From the NCBI GenBank assembly GCA_964291625.2, contig OZ220089.1, forward strand, positions 3,680,001 to 3,744,000: a DNA stretch of 64,000 bases. The letters are read 5' to 3'. The first letter of the stretch is position 1. The number at the start of each line of letters is the position of its first letter. Below the pieces are notes generated by a model. That model worked only from the letters and a program-made list of their open reading frames with translations, did no database searches and was not told where the DNA came from. Of this stretch, positions 45,056-55,128 are shown in pieces. Origin of the DNA: Candidatus Latescibacterota bacterium (GTDB lineage Bacteria; Latescibacterota; UBA2968; UBA8231). The translations under genes and the position numbers were made by a program.

Positions 45056-47317
45056 CTAGGGGTTCGTGGCATAGTGCAGGCCGAGTCCGTAGAACCGGCC
45101 CGGGAGCGGGTAGCCCCACAGGTCGGCCACCCGGTCGTCGGTCAGGTTGCGCAGCTCCAGGGAGAGGGAGAGGCCCGCCGCCAGGGGCAGGCTGCCGCCG
45201 AGGTTGTAAAGGGTGCGCACGGGCACGGCGCGAAGGTTGGCGCGGTCGAGGAAGTGGCGGCTCTCGCGGCTGACCTCGCCGTGAAGCCCGACGCCGCCCA
45301 GGTCGAGGGCGGCGCGCCCGTGGAGCCGGTGGCGCGGCGCGTTGGGCAGGTCGTTGCCGCGCTCGAAGGAGAAGGGGGTGCGGTTCTCGGCGCGCTGGTA
45401 CGCGTAGTGGCCGCGGACCGACAGCCACGGCGACAACCGCGCCTGCACCCGCGTCTCCACGCCGCGCAGCAGGGCCCGCCCCAGGTTGTGGGGCCGGGAG
45501 ACGCGCTGCGAGTTCTGCACGAAGCGGATCAGGTCGTCGACGCGGTTGCGGTAGTACACGGCCTCGGCCAACTCCAGCCCCGCGCCGTCGCCGCGGCGCC
45601 GGTAGACCAGTCCCAGGTCGCGGTTGTGCCCCTCCTCGCTGACCAGGCCGGTGTTGCCGATCACGGCGCCGCGGTCGCCGAAGAGCTCGAAGAAGCTCGG
45701 GGGCCGCCGGTAGCGGCCGCCGTGGGCCTTGAGGGCCAGGCCGCCGCCGAGGTCCAGCTTCCCCCCCAGGCGCCAGCCCCACAGCAGCTCGCGGTTCTCG
45801 CGTCGCGGCAGGACGCCGCTGGGGGCGAAGCTCTTGCGGTCGAAGAAGCGGTCGTCCAGCCCCTCGGCCTGAGTGCCGGCGTTGAGGGTCAGCCGCGGCC
45901 CGAGGGGCACCTCCACCTCGGTGCCGGCGGCCAGGGCCCGGCGGCGGCTGCGCAGGAGCCGGCTCTCGGACCGCAGCAGGTCGTCGGGCGAGAAGCTCTC
46001 GCCCCGGGCCGCGGCGAAGGCGGTGACCAGGGAGCGGCCGGGCAGGAGGGCGTTCACCTCGCCCCGCACGCCCAGGCCCCGGGTGAGGTTGCGGTCGTGC
46101 TGGCGGCCGACGCCCACCTCGCCGAGGCGGTCCCGGTACTCGTCGCGCGTCAGGGAGTGGTGGGCCTGCAGCCGGTAGCCGGCGCCGCGGCCCAGGGGCC
46201 CGAAGAGGGAGGCCTCGGCGATGTGCCGCCAGGTGTCGTAACGGGTGTGCAGGGACTGGTTGTTGCCGAGGCCGGGGATGCCCTTGCCGAGCAGGTCGAG
46301 GGTGTTGTGGACCTGCAGGCGGCCGGCCCCCAGGCTGCGCCCGGCCTTGGCCAGGGCGCGCAGGCCGCGGAAGTCGCTGTTGAGCCGCCGCGCCCAGCCG
46401 TCGTCGCCGGCGTTGTACTCGGTGCCGTTGTCGTCGAGAAAGCGGAAGTCGTTGCGGCTGGCGCTGTAGTCGACCAGGCCCAGGTACTCCCACTCCCTCC
46501 AGGGGCCGCCGATGGACGCCCCGACCTGGCGGGTGCCGAAGGAGCCGCTGGCAGTGCGCACGCGGGTGAGGACCTCGCTGCCGAGGGGGCGGGTGCGCAG
46601 GTGGACGACGCCGCCGAGGCTGTTGCCGCCGAAGCGGGCCGGCACCGCCCCCCGGTAGATCTCGACGCTGCTCAGGCCGCCGATGGGCAGGCCGCCCAGG
46701 TCGACGCCGCCGCCCGCGGCCCGGTTGAGGGGCACCCCGTCGAGGAAGACCTGCACCTGCTCCGAGGTGGAGCCGCGGATGGAGAGGGTGCTGAAGCTGC
46801 CGAGTCCTCCGTAGCGGCGCACGTTGACGCCGGTGGCGCGGTCGAGGGTCTGGGCCAGGTCGGCCCCGGGGGCGCGCCTGTCGAGGGAGATGGTCTCGAC
46901 GAAGGCGGCCACCGGCTCGCCGCCGGGGTGGCGCCGGGCGCGGACGACCATCTCGTCCATGAGCAGGGGGAGGGGCTCCAGGCGCCACTCGACCGAGGCG
47001 AGGCCGTCGCCGGTCTGCAGCCGGGCCCGGTGCGGGCGGTATCCAAGCCGCCGCACGCCCAGGTCCCACGCGCCGGGCGGCAGGTCCTCGAGGCGGAAGG
47101 CGCCGGCCGTGTCGCTGCGGGCGGAACGGACCGCGCCCGAGGGGGAGCGCAGGGTCAGGAGGGCGCCGGCCACGGGCTCCCCCGCGTCGGCGTCCAGTAG
47201 CCGGCCTTCGAGGACGCCGGCCAGCAGAGGCGGGGGCTGCAGGGCCAGGAGGCCCAGGAGGGAAATCAAAAAACCCGCCCTCGTTCGAGAGCGGGTCGGG
47301 GCGCCGTGTCCGGGCAC
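45056..47317 (-). CDS. btuB: TonB-dependent cobalamin receptor (BtuB-like)
   Basis: DEMVVRA, GVNVRRYGGLGSFST.SIRGS...V.V..DG, VEIYRG, R.P.F.EL, C-terminal PLPGR. Follows a cobalamin riboswitch. The true start may be TTG 47269. Confidence 0.85.
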   Translation of the reverse strand: MPGHGAPTRSRTRAGFLISLLGLLALQPPPLLAGVLEGRLLDADAGEPVAGALLTLRSPSGAVRSARSDTAGAFRLEDLPPGAWDLGVRRLGYRPHRARLQTGDGLASVEWRLEPLPLLMDEMVVRARRHPGGEPVAAFVETISLDRRAPGADLAQTLDRATGVNVRRYGGLGSFSTLSIRGSTSEQVQVFLDGVPLNRAAGGGVDLGGLPIGGLSSVEIYRGAVPARFGGNSLGGVVHLRTRPLGSEVLTRVRTASGSFGTRQVGASIGGPWREWEYLGLVDYSASRNDFRFLDDNGTEYNAGDDGWARRLNSDFRGLRALAKAGRSLGAGRLQVHNTLDLLGKGIPGLGNNQSLHTRYDTWRHIAEASLFGPLGRGAGYRLQAHHSLTRDEYRDRLGEVGVGRQHDRNLTRGLGVRGEVNALLPGRSLVTAFAAARGESFSPDDLLRSESRLLRSRRRALAAGTEVEVPLGPRLTLNAGTQAEGLDDRFFDRKSFAPSGVLPRRENRELLWGWRLGGKLDLGGGLALKAHGGRYRRPPSFFELFGDRGAVIGNTGLVSEEGHNRDLGLVYRRRGDGAGLELAEAVYYRNRVDDLIRFVQNSQRVSRPHNLGRALLRGVETRVQARLSPWLSVRGHYAYQRAENRTPFSFERGNDLPNAPRHRLHGRAALDLGGVGLHGEVSRESRHFLDRANLRAVPVRTLYNLGGSLPLAAGLSLSLELRNLTDDRVADLWGYPLPGRFYGLGLHYATNP
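47268..47296 (-). terminator. Riboswitch expression-platform terminator
   Basis: Minus strand ACCCGCTCTCG-AA-CGAGGGCGGGT-TTTTT. Confidence 0.75.
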
Positions 47318-47357
47318 CGGTGACCACCTTTCTACCGAAGGAGTCGTTCACCTCGGT

Positions 47358-47548
47358 CGCAGGCAGGTCTCCTGGCTTCCGGTGTGCGTCCTCCGGCTCC
47401 TTCCCGATCCGCTTGGGGATCAGTGGCTGATGCCGGAGACGCGACGGCGGTTGCGCCGTCTACCGGTCACAGTGGCGGGACCGCGGCAGATTCTCACTGC
47501 CTTCCCTATTCTTCCGCCGCCCGGGGAGGCGGCGGACACCTGCGCCGT
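47358..47548 (-). ncRNA. Cobalamin (AdoCbl) riboswitch
   Basis: Minus strand AATAGGGAAGGCAGTGAGAATCTGCCGCGGTCCCGCCACTGTGA...GCCACTG...GGGAAGG...GAAGCCAGGAGACCTGCC (B12 box), upstream of btuB. Confidence 0.95.
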
Positions 47549-47561
47549 TATGTCGGCGGGG

Positions 47562-47591
47562 AGTGTAGGAGTGGGGCGGGAGGTTTGTCAA
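47562..47591 (-). promoter_or_regulatory. Sigma70-type promoter for the riboswitch/btu operon
   Basis: TTGACA-N18-TACACT immediately 5' of the riboswitch. Confidence 0.75.
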
Positions 47592-47730
47592 GATCCCCCA
47601 CGTGAGCCCGTCGGGTACAGGCGGGCTTTTGCGGGTTCCGCGAGGGGAATCATATTCAATGGGTCTCCGGCCGCCGCCGAAAACGGCGCGCCGTCGCCTT
47701 GCGCCTCCTCCACTCGTTCGTGGAGTCACC

Positions 47731-49512
47731 ATGGCCGCAACGTACCCCCGCATTCCCTACGGAGAGGCCGATTTCAAGCGCATCCGCGTGAATGGCTGGC
47801 TCTACGTCGACAAGACCCGCTTCGTCCACACGTTGGAGAAGGAGCGCTACGCCTTCCTGATCCGGCCCCGCCGCATGGGCAAGTCCTGCTGGGTCTCCCT
47901 GCTGGACCACTACTACAACCGCAACCGCGCCGGCGCCTTCGAGGCCGTCTTCGGCGGCACCGACCTGGGGCGGCGCCCCACGGAGGAGCGCCATCGCTAC
48001 GTCATCCTGCGCTTCAACTTCTCGGCCTTCGAGGATACCCTGGACACGCTGCGGGAGCGCTTTGAGACCTACTGCCACCTGATGGTCCGTAACGCCCTGG
48101 AGCGCAACCCGGACCTGTTTCCCGAAAAGGAGACGGAGCGCATCCTCTCCCAGCCCTCCATCGACGCCAAGCTCAACGAGTTGTTCCTGTACGCCGGCGA
48201 CTACGGCATCCCGCTGTACGTGCTGATCGACGAGTACGACAACTTCGCCAACACGGTGCTGGCCCATCACGGCGAGGAGGCGTACCAGTCCTTCACCCAC
48301 GGCGGCGGCTTCTACCGCAACTTCTTCGCCACCCTCAAGGCCGGCGCCGGACAGAGCGAGGGCGGCCTGGAGCGGCTGTTCATCACCGGCGTGTCGCCGA
48401 TCACCATGGACGACGTGACCAGCGGCTTCAACATCGGCAGGAACATCAGCCTGCGCCCCGAGTTCAACGACATGCTCGGCTTCACCGAAGAGGAGGTGCG
48501 GGGTCTGCTGGAGATGTACCGCGACCACGGGGTGTTCAGTCAGGACGTGGAAGCCGCCCTGGAGGTGATGCGGGAGTGGTACAACGGCTACCGGTTTTCC
48601 GAGGAGGTCGAGGGGGACCTCTACAACACCGACATGGTCCTCTATTTCCTCGATGAGTCCATGCCGAACAAGAGGGCGCCGCGGGAGTTGATCGACACCA
48701 ACGTGCGCATCGACTACGGCAAGCTGCGCCACCTGCTGACGGTCAACCGCCAACTCAACGGCAACTTCGACCTGCTGCGTCACATCATCGGCGAGGAAGT
48801 GACCGACAGCGACATCCAGATCAGCTTCCCCCTGGACCGGCTCGGCCGGCGCGAGAACTTCCTGTCGCTGCTGTTCTACTTCGGTCTGCTCAGCATTCGC
48901 GAGGTGTCCCACGGGGTGCCCCGGCTGGGCATTCCCAACCAGACGGTGAAGCGCCTGATGTACGGGTACCTGCGGGATGCCTACGACGACGTGGGGGTGT
49001 TCTCCGTCGACGTGTACATCTTCTCACGCCTGGTGCGCGAGATGGCCTACGACGGCGCCTGGCAGCCGGCCCTGGAATTCCTGCAGAAGGCCCTCGTCGA
49101 GCAGACCGGCATCCGCGACTACCTCGACGGCGAGAAGGTGATTCACGGGTTCATGGCGGCCCACTTCAGCATGGTGAGCCAGTTTCTGCTGCACTCGGAG
49201 TACGAATTGAACAAGGGGTACGCCGACCTCTACCTGGAGCCCTTCGTCGCCCAGTACCCCGACATGAGGTTCGGCTACGTGCTGGAACTCAAGTATCTGA
49301 AACGGCGCGAGCCCCTCGACGAGTCCCTGCTGGAGGCGACGACGCAGGAGGCCGCCCTCCAGGTGAGCGGCTACCTGGCCGACCCGGGCTTGCAGCGCCG
49401 CTACCCGTCGGTGCGGCACATCGGTCTGGCGGTGGTCTTTCACGGCTGGGAGCTGGCGGCCTGCGAGGCGGTGGACGCCGGCGCGGAGGCGGCCGACCCC
49501 GCGCCCGGTTGA
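47731..49512 (+). CDS. AAA-ATPase-like protein with C-terminal PD-(D/E)XK nuclease domain
   Basis: IPYG..DF..IR...YVDKT, RPRRMGKS, LIDEYD, FITGVSP, WYNGYRF, GYADL...LELKY. Confidence 0.9.
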   Translation: MAATYPRIPYGEADFKRIRVNGWLYVDKTRFVHTLEKERYAFLIRPRRMGKSCWVSLLDHYYNRNRAGAFEAVFGGTDLGRRPTEERHRYVILRFNFSAFEDTLDTLRERFETYCHLMVRNALERNPDLFPEKETERILSQPSIDAKLNELFLYAGDYGIPLYVLIDEYDNFANTVLAHHGEEAYQSFTHGGGFYRNFFATLKAGAGQSEGGLERLFITGVSPITMDDVTSGFNIGRNISLRPEFNDMLGFTEEEVRGLLEMYRDHGVFSQDVEAALEVMREWYNGYRFSEEVEGDLYNTDMVLYFLDESMPNKRAPRELIDTNVRIDYGKLRHLLTVNRQLNGNFDLLRHIIGEEVTDSDIQISFPLDRLGRRENFLSLLFYFGLLSIREVSHGVPRLGIPNQTVKRLMYGYLRDAYDDVGVFSVDVYIFSRLVREMAYDGAWQPALEFLQKALVEQTGIRDYLDGEKVIHGFMAAHFSMVSQFLLHSEYELNKGYADLYLEPFVAQYPDMRFGYVLELKYLKRREPLDESLLEATTQEAALQVSGYLADPGLQRRYPSVRHIGLAVVFHGWELAACEAVDAGAEAADPAPG

Positions 49513-49574
49513 CAGGGAGCTTCGGGCACCGACGGCGGCCTTTGCTTTACCGAATTCATCTGTGCCATCCGTCG

Positions 49575-49604
49575 GTTTCTCCGGTCGATCCCTGCCGGAG
49601 AAAC
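49575..49604. terminator. Hairpin between convergent genes
   Basis: GTTTCTCCGG-N10-CCGGAGAAAC. Confidence 0.45.
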
Positions 49605-49629
49605 AGGTTGAACGGCCTCAGCCGGTCTG

Positions 49630-50634
49630 TCACCCATCCTCCCCGCCCGTGAGCCACTCCGGGTCCAGCCGCGCCAGCACCAGGCCCCGCTCCACCTCGT
49701 AGAGGCAGAGGATCCTCCCGCCGGCCACGGCCAGATCGGAGTAGGCGGCGCGGCCCTCGGTGATCACCCGGGAGACCGGCCAGCTCCGGCACTCGTCCAG
49801 GCTCAGCCGCAGGGTGAGGCGGCGCCGCTCCCGCGGGTCCGAGGGATGGGCGAGCAGGACGCGGTCCTCCGACAGGCGCGCGAGGCTGCCCTGGCAGGAA
49901 GGCTCGGGCTGTCCGGGGTCGTACTCGACGTCGGTCCAGGTGTGGCCGCCGTCGCGGCTCCAGGCGCGGGCGCGCAGGGACCGGCCGCCGCGGCTGCGGG
50001 CGTTCAGGTAGACGGCGCCGTCGGCCGTCTCCACCGCGGCGCACTCGTCCGAGGCGTCGCGGGTCAGCATCTCGCCGCGGGTCCAGCTCTGGCCGTGGTC
50101 GTCGCTGTAGATGGCGTACGACGACTGGATCTCCCCCCAGGAGGGGCGGGGCCGCCACCGCACCGGGCCGGGGGACTCGTCGCACCAGGAGGGCGCCAGC
50201 AGCCGGCCGCCGCTCAACTGGATGCCGTGGCAGGGGCCGGTGCCGACGAAGGCCCAGGAGGGATCCTTCGCGGTGGCCGTGATATCCCGCGGCTCCGCCC
50301 AGCCGGCGCCGTCGTCGTCGCTGCAGGTGCAGAAGACTTCCTGGTTGTTCCTGCAGAACAGGAGCCACACCACGCCGGTCGTCCCGTCGACGATGGGGCA
50401 GGGGTTGCCGCAGGTGTGGGTGCCGTCGCTGACGGCGACGCGCGGGGAATCCCAGGTGAGGCCGGCGTCGAAGCTGCGGCGCACGAGGATGTCGATCTCG
50501 TCGTGGTCGTGGCCGGTGTGGCGGCGGGCCTCGCAGAAGGCGAGGACGGTGCCGGCCGTGGTCGTGACCAGGGCCGGGATGCGGTAGACGAAGTAGCCGT
50601 CCCGGCGGTGGACCCAGAGGTCGCTCTCGTGCAT
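49630..50634 (-). CDS. Exo-alpha-sialidase (GH33)
   Basis: YRIPAL (FRIP-like), Asp boxes SFDAGLTW, SDDHGQSW, SRDGGHTW, DEC, NARS, AAYSDL. Confidence 0.88.
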   Translation of the reverse strand: MHESDLWVHRRDGYFVYRIPALVTTTAGTVLAFCEARRHTGHDHDEIDILVRRSFDAGLTWDSPRVAVSDGTHTCGNPCPIVDGTTGVVWLLFCRNNQEVFCTCSDDDGAGWAEPRDITATAKDPSWAFVGTGPCHGIQLSGGRLLAPSWCDESPGPVRWRPRPSWGEIQSSYAIYSDDHGQSWTRGEMLTRDASDECAAVETADGAVYLNARSRGGRSLRARAWSRDGGHTWTDVEYDPGQPEPSCQGSLARLSEDRVLLAHPSDPRERRRLTLRLSLDECRSWPVSRVITEGRAAYSDLAVAGGRILCLYEVERGLVLARLDPEWLTGGEDG

Positions 50635-53531
50635 CAGATTCCGACCACCATCTCGAAGCGGGAATCGCCTTCGTCCAGGCGGTAGACGTAGCGCAGGCCC
50701 ATGTTCAGCGGGATCTGCAGGGAGAAGGGGTAGAAGTCGGCCGTCAGCTCGGCGCCCGTCGACTGGTAGGTTCGCGCCGGCCGGGCGCCGCGGCCGTAGT
50801 CGTAGAACAAGCCGGCCCTGAGGCGCTGAAGGAACACGAGGGCGCCCAGGTTCCAGTCCGGGTAGAGCAGGGGCAGGTCATAGTTGGCCGTCCCCTGAAA
50901 GAGGCGGCGGTGGAATCGGTAGCCGTAGCCGCGGACGAATGGCTGCTCGCTGGCGAAGCGGTACGGAAGGCCGTCCGCCGCGCCGGGGTCCTGCCACTCG
51001 TAGCCGCCCGCCAAGTGCAGGCCGTGGTGGGCGGCCAGGCCGGGGAAGCGCAGCCCCAGCCGTCCCGACAGCAGGGTGCCGGCGTAGTCGCCCGCCAGGG
51101 GCGTGTGCCGCCAGGCCAGCTGCAGGCTCTGACCCCAGAGCGGAGCCAGATCGCGCGCGGCCGGCCGGCGGAACCTCGCGAACTCCAGCCGGTAGGTCAG
51201 GGGCGTGAAGCGTCCGTTGTGGTTCCTCGTCACCACGTCTCCCGCTTCCTGGCTCGCGCTCTCCGGATCGGGCCACCAGAGGTCGTCGCCGGGCCGGTTG
51301 AGGTCGTCCCGGCCGGCGATATCGGTCCACTCCACCGTCGCGCTCAGTTGGAGGGAGGACCGCCAGGGGCCTCGGGAGAGAGTCAGGGGAATCCCGACGC
51401 CGGCGCTCACGCTCCTCTCGCTCCACCTGTCCGTCTCTTCCCTCTCCTGGACCTCGAGGCTGTCCCCTTTCGCTTCCCGTGTCCTGATCACGTAATCCCC
51501 GGCCCGCTCGCCCCAGCGCCCGCCGAGGTTGAGCACCGGGTACCACGCCGCCAGGCTGAGCCCGCCCAGGACGCTGAAGGCGCTCTCGTTGCTGTTGTAC
51601 TCGACCCCGGCGCTCGTGCTGCTGAGACCGAGCAGATCGCTGGAGGTGAGACTGAGGGCGTAGTCCGGCGGCGCCGGACTGAAGGCCCAGCTGTGGACGT
51701 TGAGGAGGTGGCCCAGCGGCCGATAGCCGCTCACCGGATAGACCCGTTGCGGGATATTCGCCAGCACGGGTCCGCCCTGCTCCTGCTCGACCAATGGTTG
51801 GAAGTAGCGCACCCGGCGGTCCTCGACCTGCTCCACCGGCGTCCAGTCCGCCGGGTCCAGGTGCATGGCGGCGATGCGGTAGCCGTCGACGGTGTACTCC
51901 TGAAAGAGGAGCGAATCGCCGGCCACCGCCGCGTGGGTCGCCGCCAGCGGCCGCGAGGTCACCCGGTAGCGGGCTCCGCTCTTCAGGTGGACGGCGTGGA
52001 TGTTGTCGATGCCCCCATGGGGTGAGTCGAACAACAGGTAGGGACCCCAGAACACCGGCCAGCCGATATCGTCGTGGGTGCGGGGCAACACGATCTCCCC
52101 CTGGCCGTCGGCCGGGTCGATGAGCTCGAGCGTGTTGCCGCCTTCGTCCAGCCGCAAGACGGCGATGCGGCGGCCGTCCTCCGACCACGCCGGCGTGCGC
52201 CACAAGACCCCGTCCGGGGCGGGGAAGCGGGCGGTCTCGGCGCCGCTGGCGGTCTCCAGCAGCACGAGGTGGCAGCGCCGGTCCGGTCCGAACTCGACGG
52301 CGGCGATCCGCGCTCCGTCGGGAGAAGGAGCCGGGGCGAAGAGCTTGCCCCCGTGGGTGAGCTGGCGGACCCGGCCGCTGTCGAGGTCCATCACCACCAC
52401 GTCGGAGTAGTCGCGAAAGCCCCAGCGCCGATCCGGGGTGGAGCGGTTCCAGGCCGCGGTCCCGCCGGCCGCGCGGAGGCCGCCGAGGGCCTGGTAGAAG
52501 CGCAGGCGCTCCTCGCGGCCGTCGGGGTGGAGCCGCACCAGGGTCGGCGGATCGGCGAGTCCGCTCTTGCCCGCCAGCACGCTGCCGTCGTTCAGGGGCT
52601 GCGGGAACTTGTAGTTGGTCCACACGCCCGGGCCGTCCTGCCCGTCGAGGACTCGCAGCGGCGTCGTGGGCAGATACTCCTGCTGCGCCTGCCACAGGCC
52701 GGTCAGCTCGTCCATCGTCCGCTCGTAGGTCCGGGCGGCGCTGGCCCCGGTGTGCTGCCGGAGGGCGAAGCTGAAGGACCAGGGGAGGGTGACGGGGAGG
52801 AACAGCCCCCACCGGGTGGTGCTGCCCAGCACCTTGTCCCACGCCTCGGCGCCGTGGTGCCGCCGTACGTAGGTGGTCAGATGGTACCCGAGCTGGTAGT
52901 GGTCCGGGTACCAGTCGCGGTACGAGCGGTGATGGGCCTTGTAGTAGGAGTATCGCCGACCCGACAGGAGCAAGGCCCGGATGTGCAGACCGAACCGGGG
53001 CGTGCGCCCGCGCCCGGTCTCGCTCAGGGCCGTCTCGATGCCTACGGCGTCCCCCTCCCAGAACCACGGGGGGAAGAGCAGATAGCTGGCTGCGGCCTGG
53101 CCCAGCTCGCCGCCCAGGAGCCACCCCAGGCGGACCAGGCCCCGGCGCATGCGGTCGAACTGCACCACGTGGCGCATCTCGTGGACCGCCAGCAGCTGGT
53201 ACCACTCGCCGCTGAGCCCCGCGTCCTGGGGCGGGGTGCTGAACCACACGCTGCGCCGCGGGGCCAGGGAGACGAAACCGTTGACCCGGGCCGTCTGGTT
53301 GGCCAGCACCACGTCCACCGGCTTTTGCGGCCCTCTGAGGGTTCTGGAGACCGGGCCGTAAATGTGTTCCAGCGTGTTGGCCACCCGCTGGGCCTCGGCG
53401 GCGATCTCGGCGGGGAAGATGACCCTGAACCGCTCCGTCCGGATCTGTTGCCAGTCCAGGCCCGGCGGGCTCTGCTGCGCCAGGGACGGGGCTGCGATCA
53501 GCAGCGAGAGTGCGAGGGCTCTCTTCAGCAT
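50634..53531 (-). CDS. Outer-membrane-associated protein: N-terminal HExxH zincin-like domain, TolB/PD40 propeller, C-terminal beta-barrel
   Basis: Signal peptide MLKRALALSLLIAAPSLAQ, LAVHEMRH...PWFWEGDA, PAPSPDG, PAWSEDG, C-terminal FYDYG...STGAEL. Confidence 0.75.
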   Translation of the reverse strand: MLKRALALSLLIAAPSLAQQSPPGLDWQQIRTERFRVIFPAEIAAEAQRVANTLEHIYGPVSRTLRGPQKPVDVVLANQTARVNGFVSLAPRRSVWFSTPPQDAGLSGEWYQLLAVHEMRHVVQFDRMRRGLVRLGWLLGGELGQAAASYLLFPPWFWEGDAVGIETALSETGRGRTPRFGLHIRALLLSGRRYSYYKAHHRSYRDWYPDHYQLGYHLTTYVRRHHGAEAWDKVLGSTTRWGLFLPVTLPWSFSFALRQHTGASAARTYERTMDELTGLWQAQQEYLPTTPLRVLDGQDGPGVWTNYKFPQPLNDGSVLAGKSGLADPPTLVRLHPDGREERLRFYQALGGLRAAGGTAAWNRSTPDRRWGFRDYSDVVVMDLDSGRVRQLTHGGKLFAPAPSPDGARIAAVEFGPDRRCHLVLLETASGAETARFPAPDGVLWRTPAWSEDGRRIAVLRLDEGGNTLELIDPADGQGEIVLPRTHDDIGWPVFWGPYLLFDSPHGGIDNIHAVHLKSGARYRVTSRPLAATHAAVAGDSLLFQEYTVDGYRIAAMHLDPADWTPVEQVEDRRVRYFQPLVEQEQGGPVLANIPQRVYPVSGYRPLGHLLNVHSWAFSPAPPDYALSLTSSDLLGLSSTSAGVEYNSNESAFSVLGGLSLAAWYPVLNLGGRWGERAGDYVIRTREAKGDSLEVQEREETDRWSERSVSAGVGIPLTLSRGPWRSSLQLSATVEWTDIAGRDDLNRPGDDLWWPDPESASQEAGDVVTRNHNGRFTPLTYRLEFARFRRPAARDLAPLWGQSLQLAWRHTPLAGDYAGTLLSGRLGLRFPGLAAHHGLHLAGGYEWQDPGAADGLPYRFASEQPFVRGYGYRFHRRLFQGTANYDLPLLYPDWNLGALVFLQRLRAGLFYDYGRGARPARTYQSTGAELTADFYPFSLQIPLNMGLRYVYRLDEGDSRFEMVVGI

Positions 53532-54319
53532 CAGGCCGAGGCCCCGGAATACCGCCTCAGGCCGGCCTGCCAGAACAGCCGCGACAGGACCAGCATCGCC
53601 GCGGCCAGGGCCACGGTACCCGCGAGCCACTCGCCCGGCAGTCGGCCCACCAGGGCCCCGGCCGGCACGGTGACGGCGAAGGCCACGGGCACGACGAAGG
53701 TGAGCACCATCCGCATCCACCCCGGGTAGATGGTCACCGGCCACTTGGCCGCCCGGTAGAGGCTGTGGAAGACCATGAGGATGTTGCCGACTCGGACGAA
53801 CCAGAAGGAGACCGTCGACAGCATGAGCCAGAAGCTGTAGATGATGGCGCCCCCCGAGCACAGGGTCAGGGCGAAGACCCCCGCCTCTTCGAGCCCCGTC
53901 CGCCGCCCCAGCCAGGCCAGGGCCCCGGCGATCACGGCGGCGCCGACGGCCACGTCCACCAGCCGCCAGACGCGCACCTGGCCGATGCTGACCAGCACCT
54001 GGGCCTCCTCCGGCTTGGTGAGGGTGAAGTCGAGGGTGCCCTCGCGCACGTCCTCCACCAGGCGTTCCATGCCCGGCTGCACCACCAGGCCCACCAGGCC
54101 GGACATGAGGGTCCAGACCCCGAGGAGGGCGATCAGCTCGGCCGCCTGCCAGCCGTTCAGTTGGTCGGTGTGGCCGTAGACGACGTAGACCGCGAAGAGG
54201 GCGGCGCCCAGGTCGATTCCCGTGCGGCCCAGCTGCAACCAGAAATTGGTTCGGTACTGCAGCTCGTTCATCGCCCCGAGGCGGAAGAACGTGGCCAGCA
54301 GACGCAGGGGGGTGCGCAC
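53531..54319 (-). CDS. ABC-2 family permease (DUF990 type)
   Basis: QYRTNF, VREGTLDFTLTKP, KWPVTIYP, GLRRYSGAS. Confidence 0.88.
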   Translation of the reverse strand: MRTPLRLLATFFRLGAMNELQYRTNFWLQLGRTGIDLGAALFAVYVVYGHTDQLNGWQAAELIALLGVWTLMSGLVGLVVQPGMERLVEDVREGTLDFTLTKPEEAQVLVSIGQVRVWRLVDVAVGAAVIAGALAWLGRRTGLEEAGVFALTLCSGGAIIYSFWLMLSTVSFWFVRVGNILMVFHSLYRAAKWPVTIYPGWMRMVLTFVVPVAFAVTVPAGALVGRLPGEWLAGTVALAAAMLVLSRLFWQAGLRRYSGASA

Positions 54320-54321
54320 CC

Positions 54322-55128
54322 TCAGTTCCCCACGGCGCCGTAGCGGGCCGAGGCCCGGCTCCAGCCGAAGTGGATGGCGGCGACGCCGGCGGTCAGCCAC
54401 GCCCCCTGGGCCAGGACCCCGTTCACCGCCTGGTCCGGCGTCAGCCGGCCCAGGACCAGCTCCACCGGGAAGGCGAGCATCCAGCGGAAGGGCGAGTACG
54501 AGGCCGCCGCCTCCAGCCAGCCGGGCAGCAGGGACAGGGGGGCCAGGCCGCCCATGAGGACCATACCGAGTCCCAGGTAGAGGGCGTTCAGGCCCGAGGT
54601 GTCGGTGATCCAGAAGGCGAGCAGCCCCATGGCCCACTCGAAGAGGAAGCGCAGCAGGAAGGCCAGGGCCAGGACCGGCGCGAAGGCCAGCGCCGCCCAC
54701 AGGGGCGGGTCGAGGCGGGGCTCGAAGTACCAGGCCAGCAGCGCCAGCGCGGGACCCACCACGGCGAGGGTGAGGACCTTGTAGGCCGCGTTCTGCAGCA
54801 CGTCCCGGTGCCAGGGGTGCAGGGGCTGCACGAGGATCGGGTTGTAGAACCCGGAGCGCACCCGCCAGCCCATCTCGAACATGTGCCAGGTGAAGGTGAC
54901 GTGGTTGACGAACATGACGGCGAGGAAGTAGGCGGCCAGGGCGCCCGAGTCGAAGTCGCCCACCCGGCCTCCCTTCGAGGCGGCCACGGTGAGCCACACC
55001 ACGAGGTGGATCAGGGGCTGCAGCATCAGGCCCAGGAGCCAGATGACCATGGCGGCGCGGTACTGGAACAGCGCCGCCAGCTCGAGGCCGAAGAGGGTCC
55101 GGTAGACGTCTGCGAGGGCGGCGATCAA
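54322..55128 (-). CDS. ABC-2 family permease (DUF990 type)
   Basis: TTG start, FQYRAA, VRSG.YN..LVQPL, PFRWMLAFPVE, RYGAVG. Confidence 0.86.
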   Translation of the reverse strand: MIAALADVYRTLFGLELAALFQYRAAMVIWLLGLMLQPLIHLVVWLTVAASKGGRVGDFDSGALAAYFLAVMFVNHVTFTWHMFEMGWRVRSGFYNPILVQPLHPWHRDVLQNAAYKVLTLAVVGPALALLAWYFEPRLDPPLWAALAFAPVLALAFLLRFLFEWAMGLLAFWITDTSGLNALYLGLGMVLMGGLAPLSLLPGWLEAAASYSPFRWMLAFPVELVLGRLTPDQAVNGVLAQGAWLTAGVAAIHFGWSRASARYGAVGN

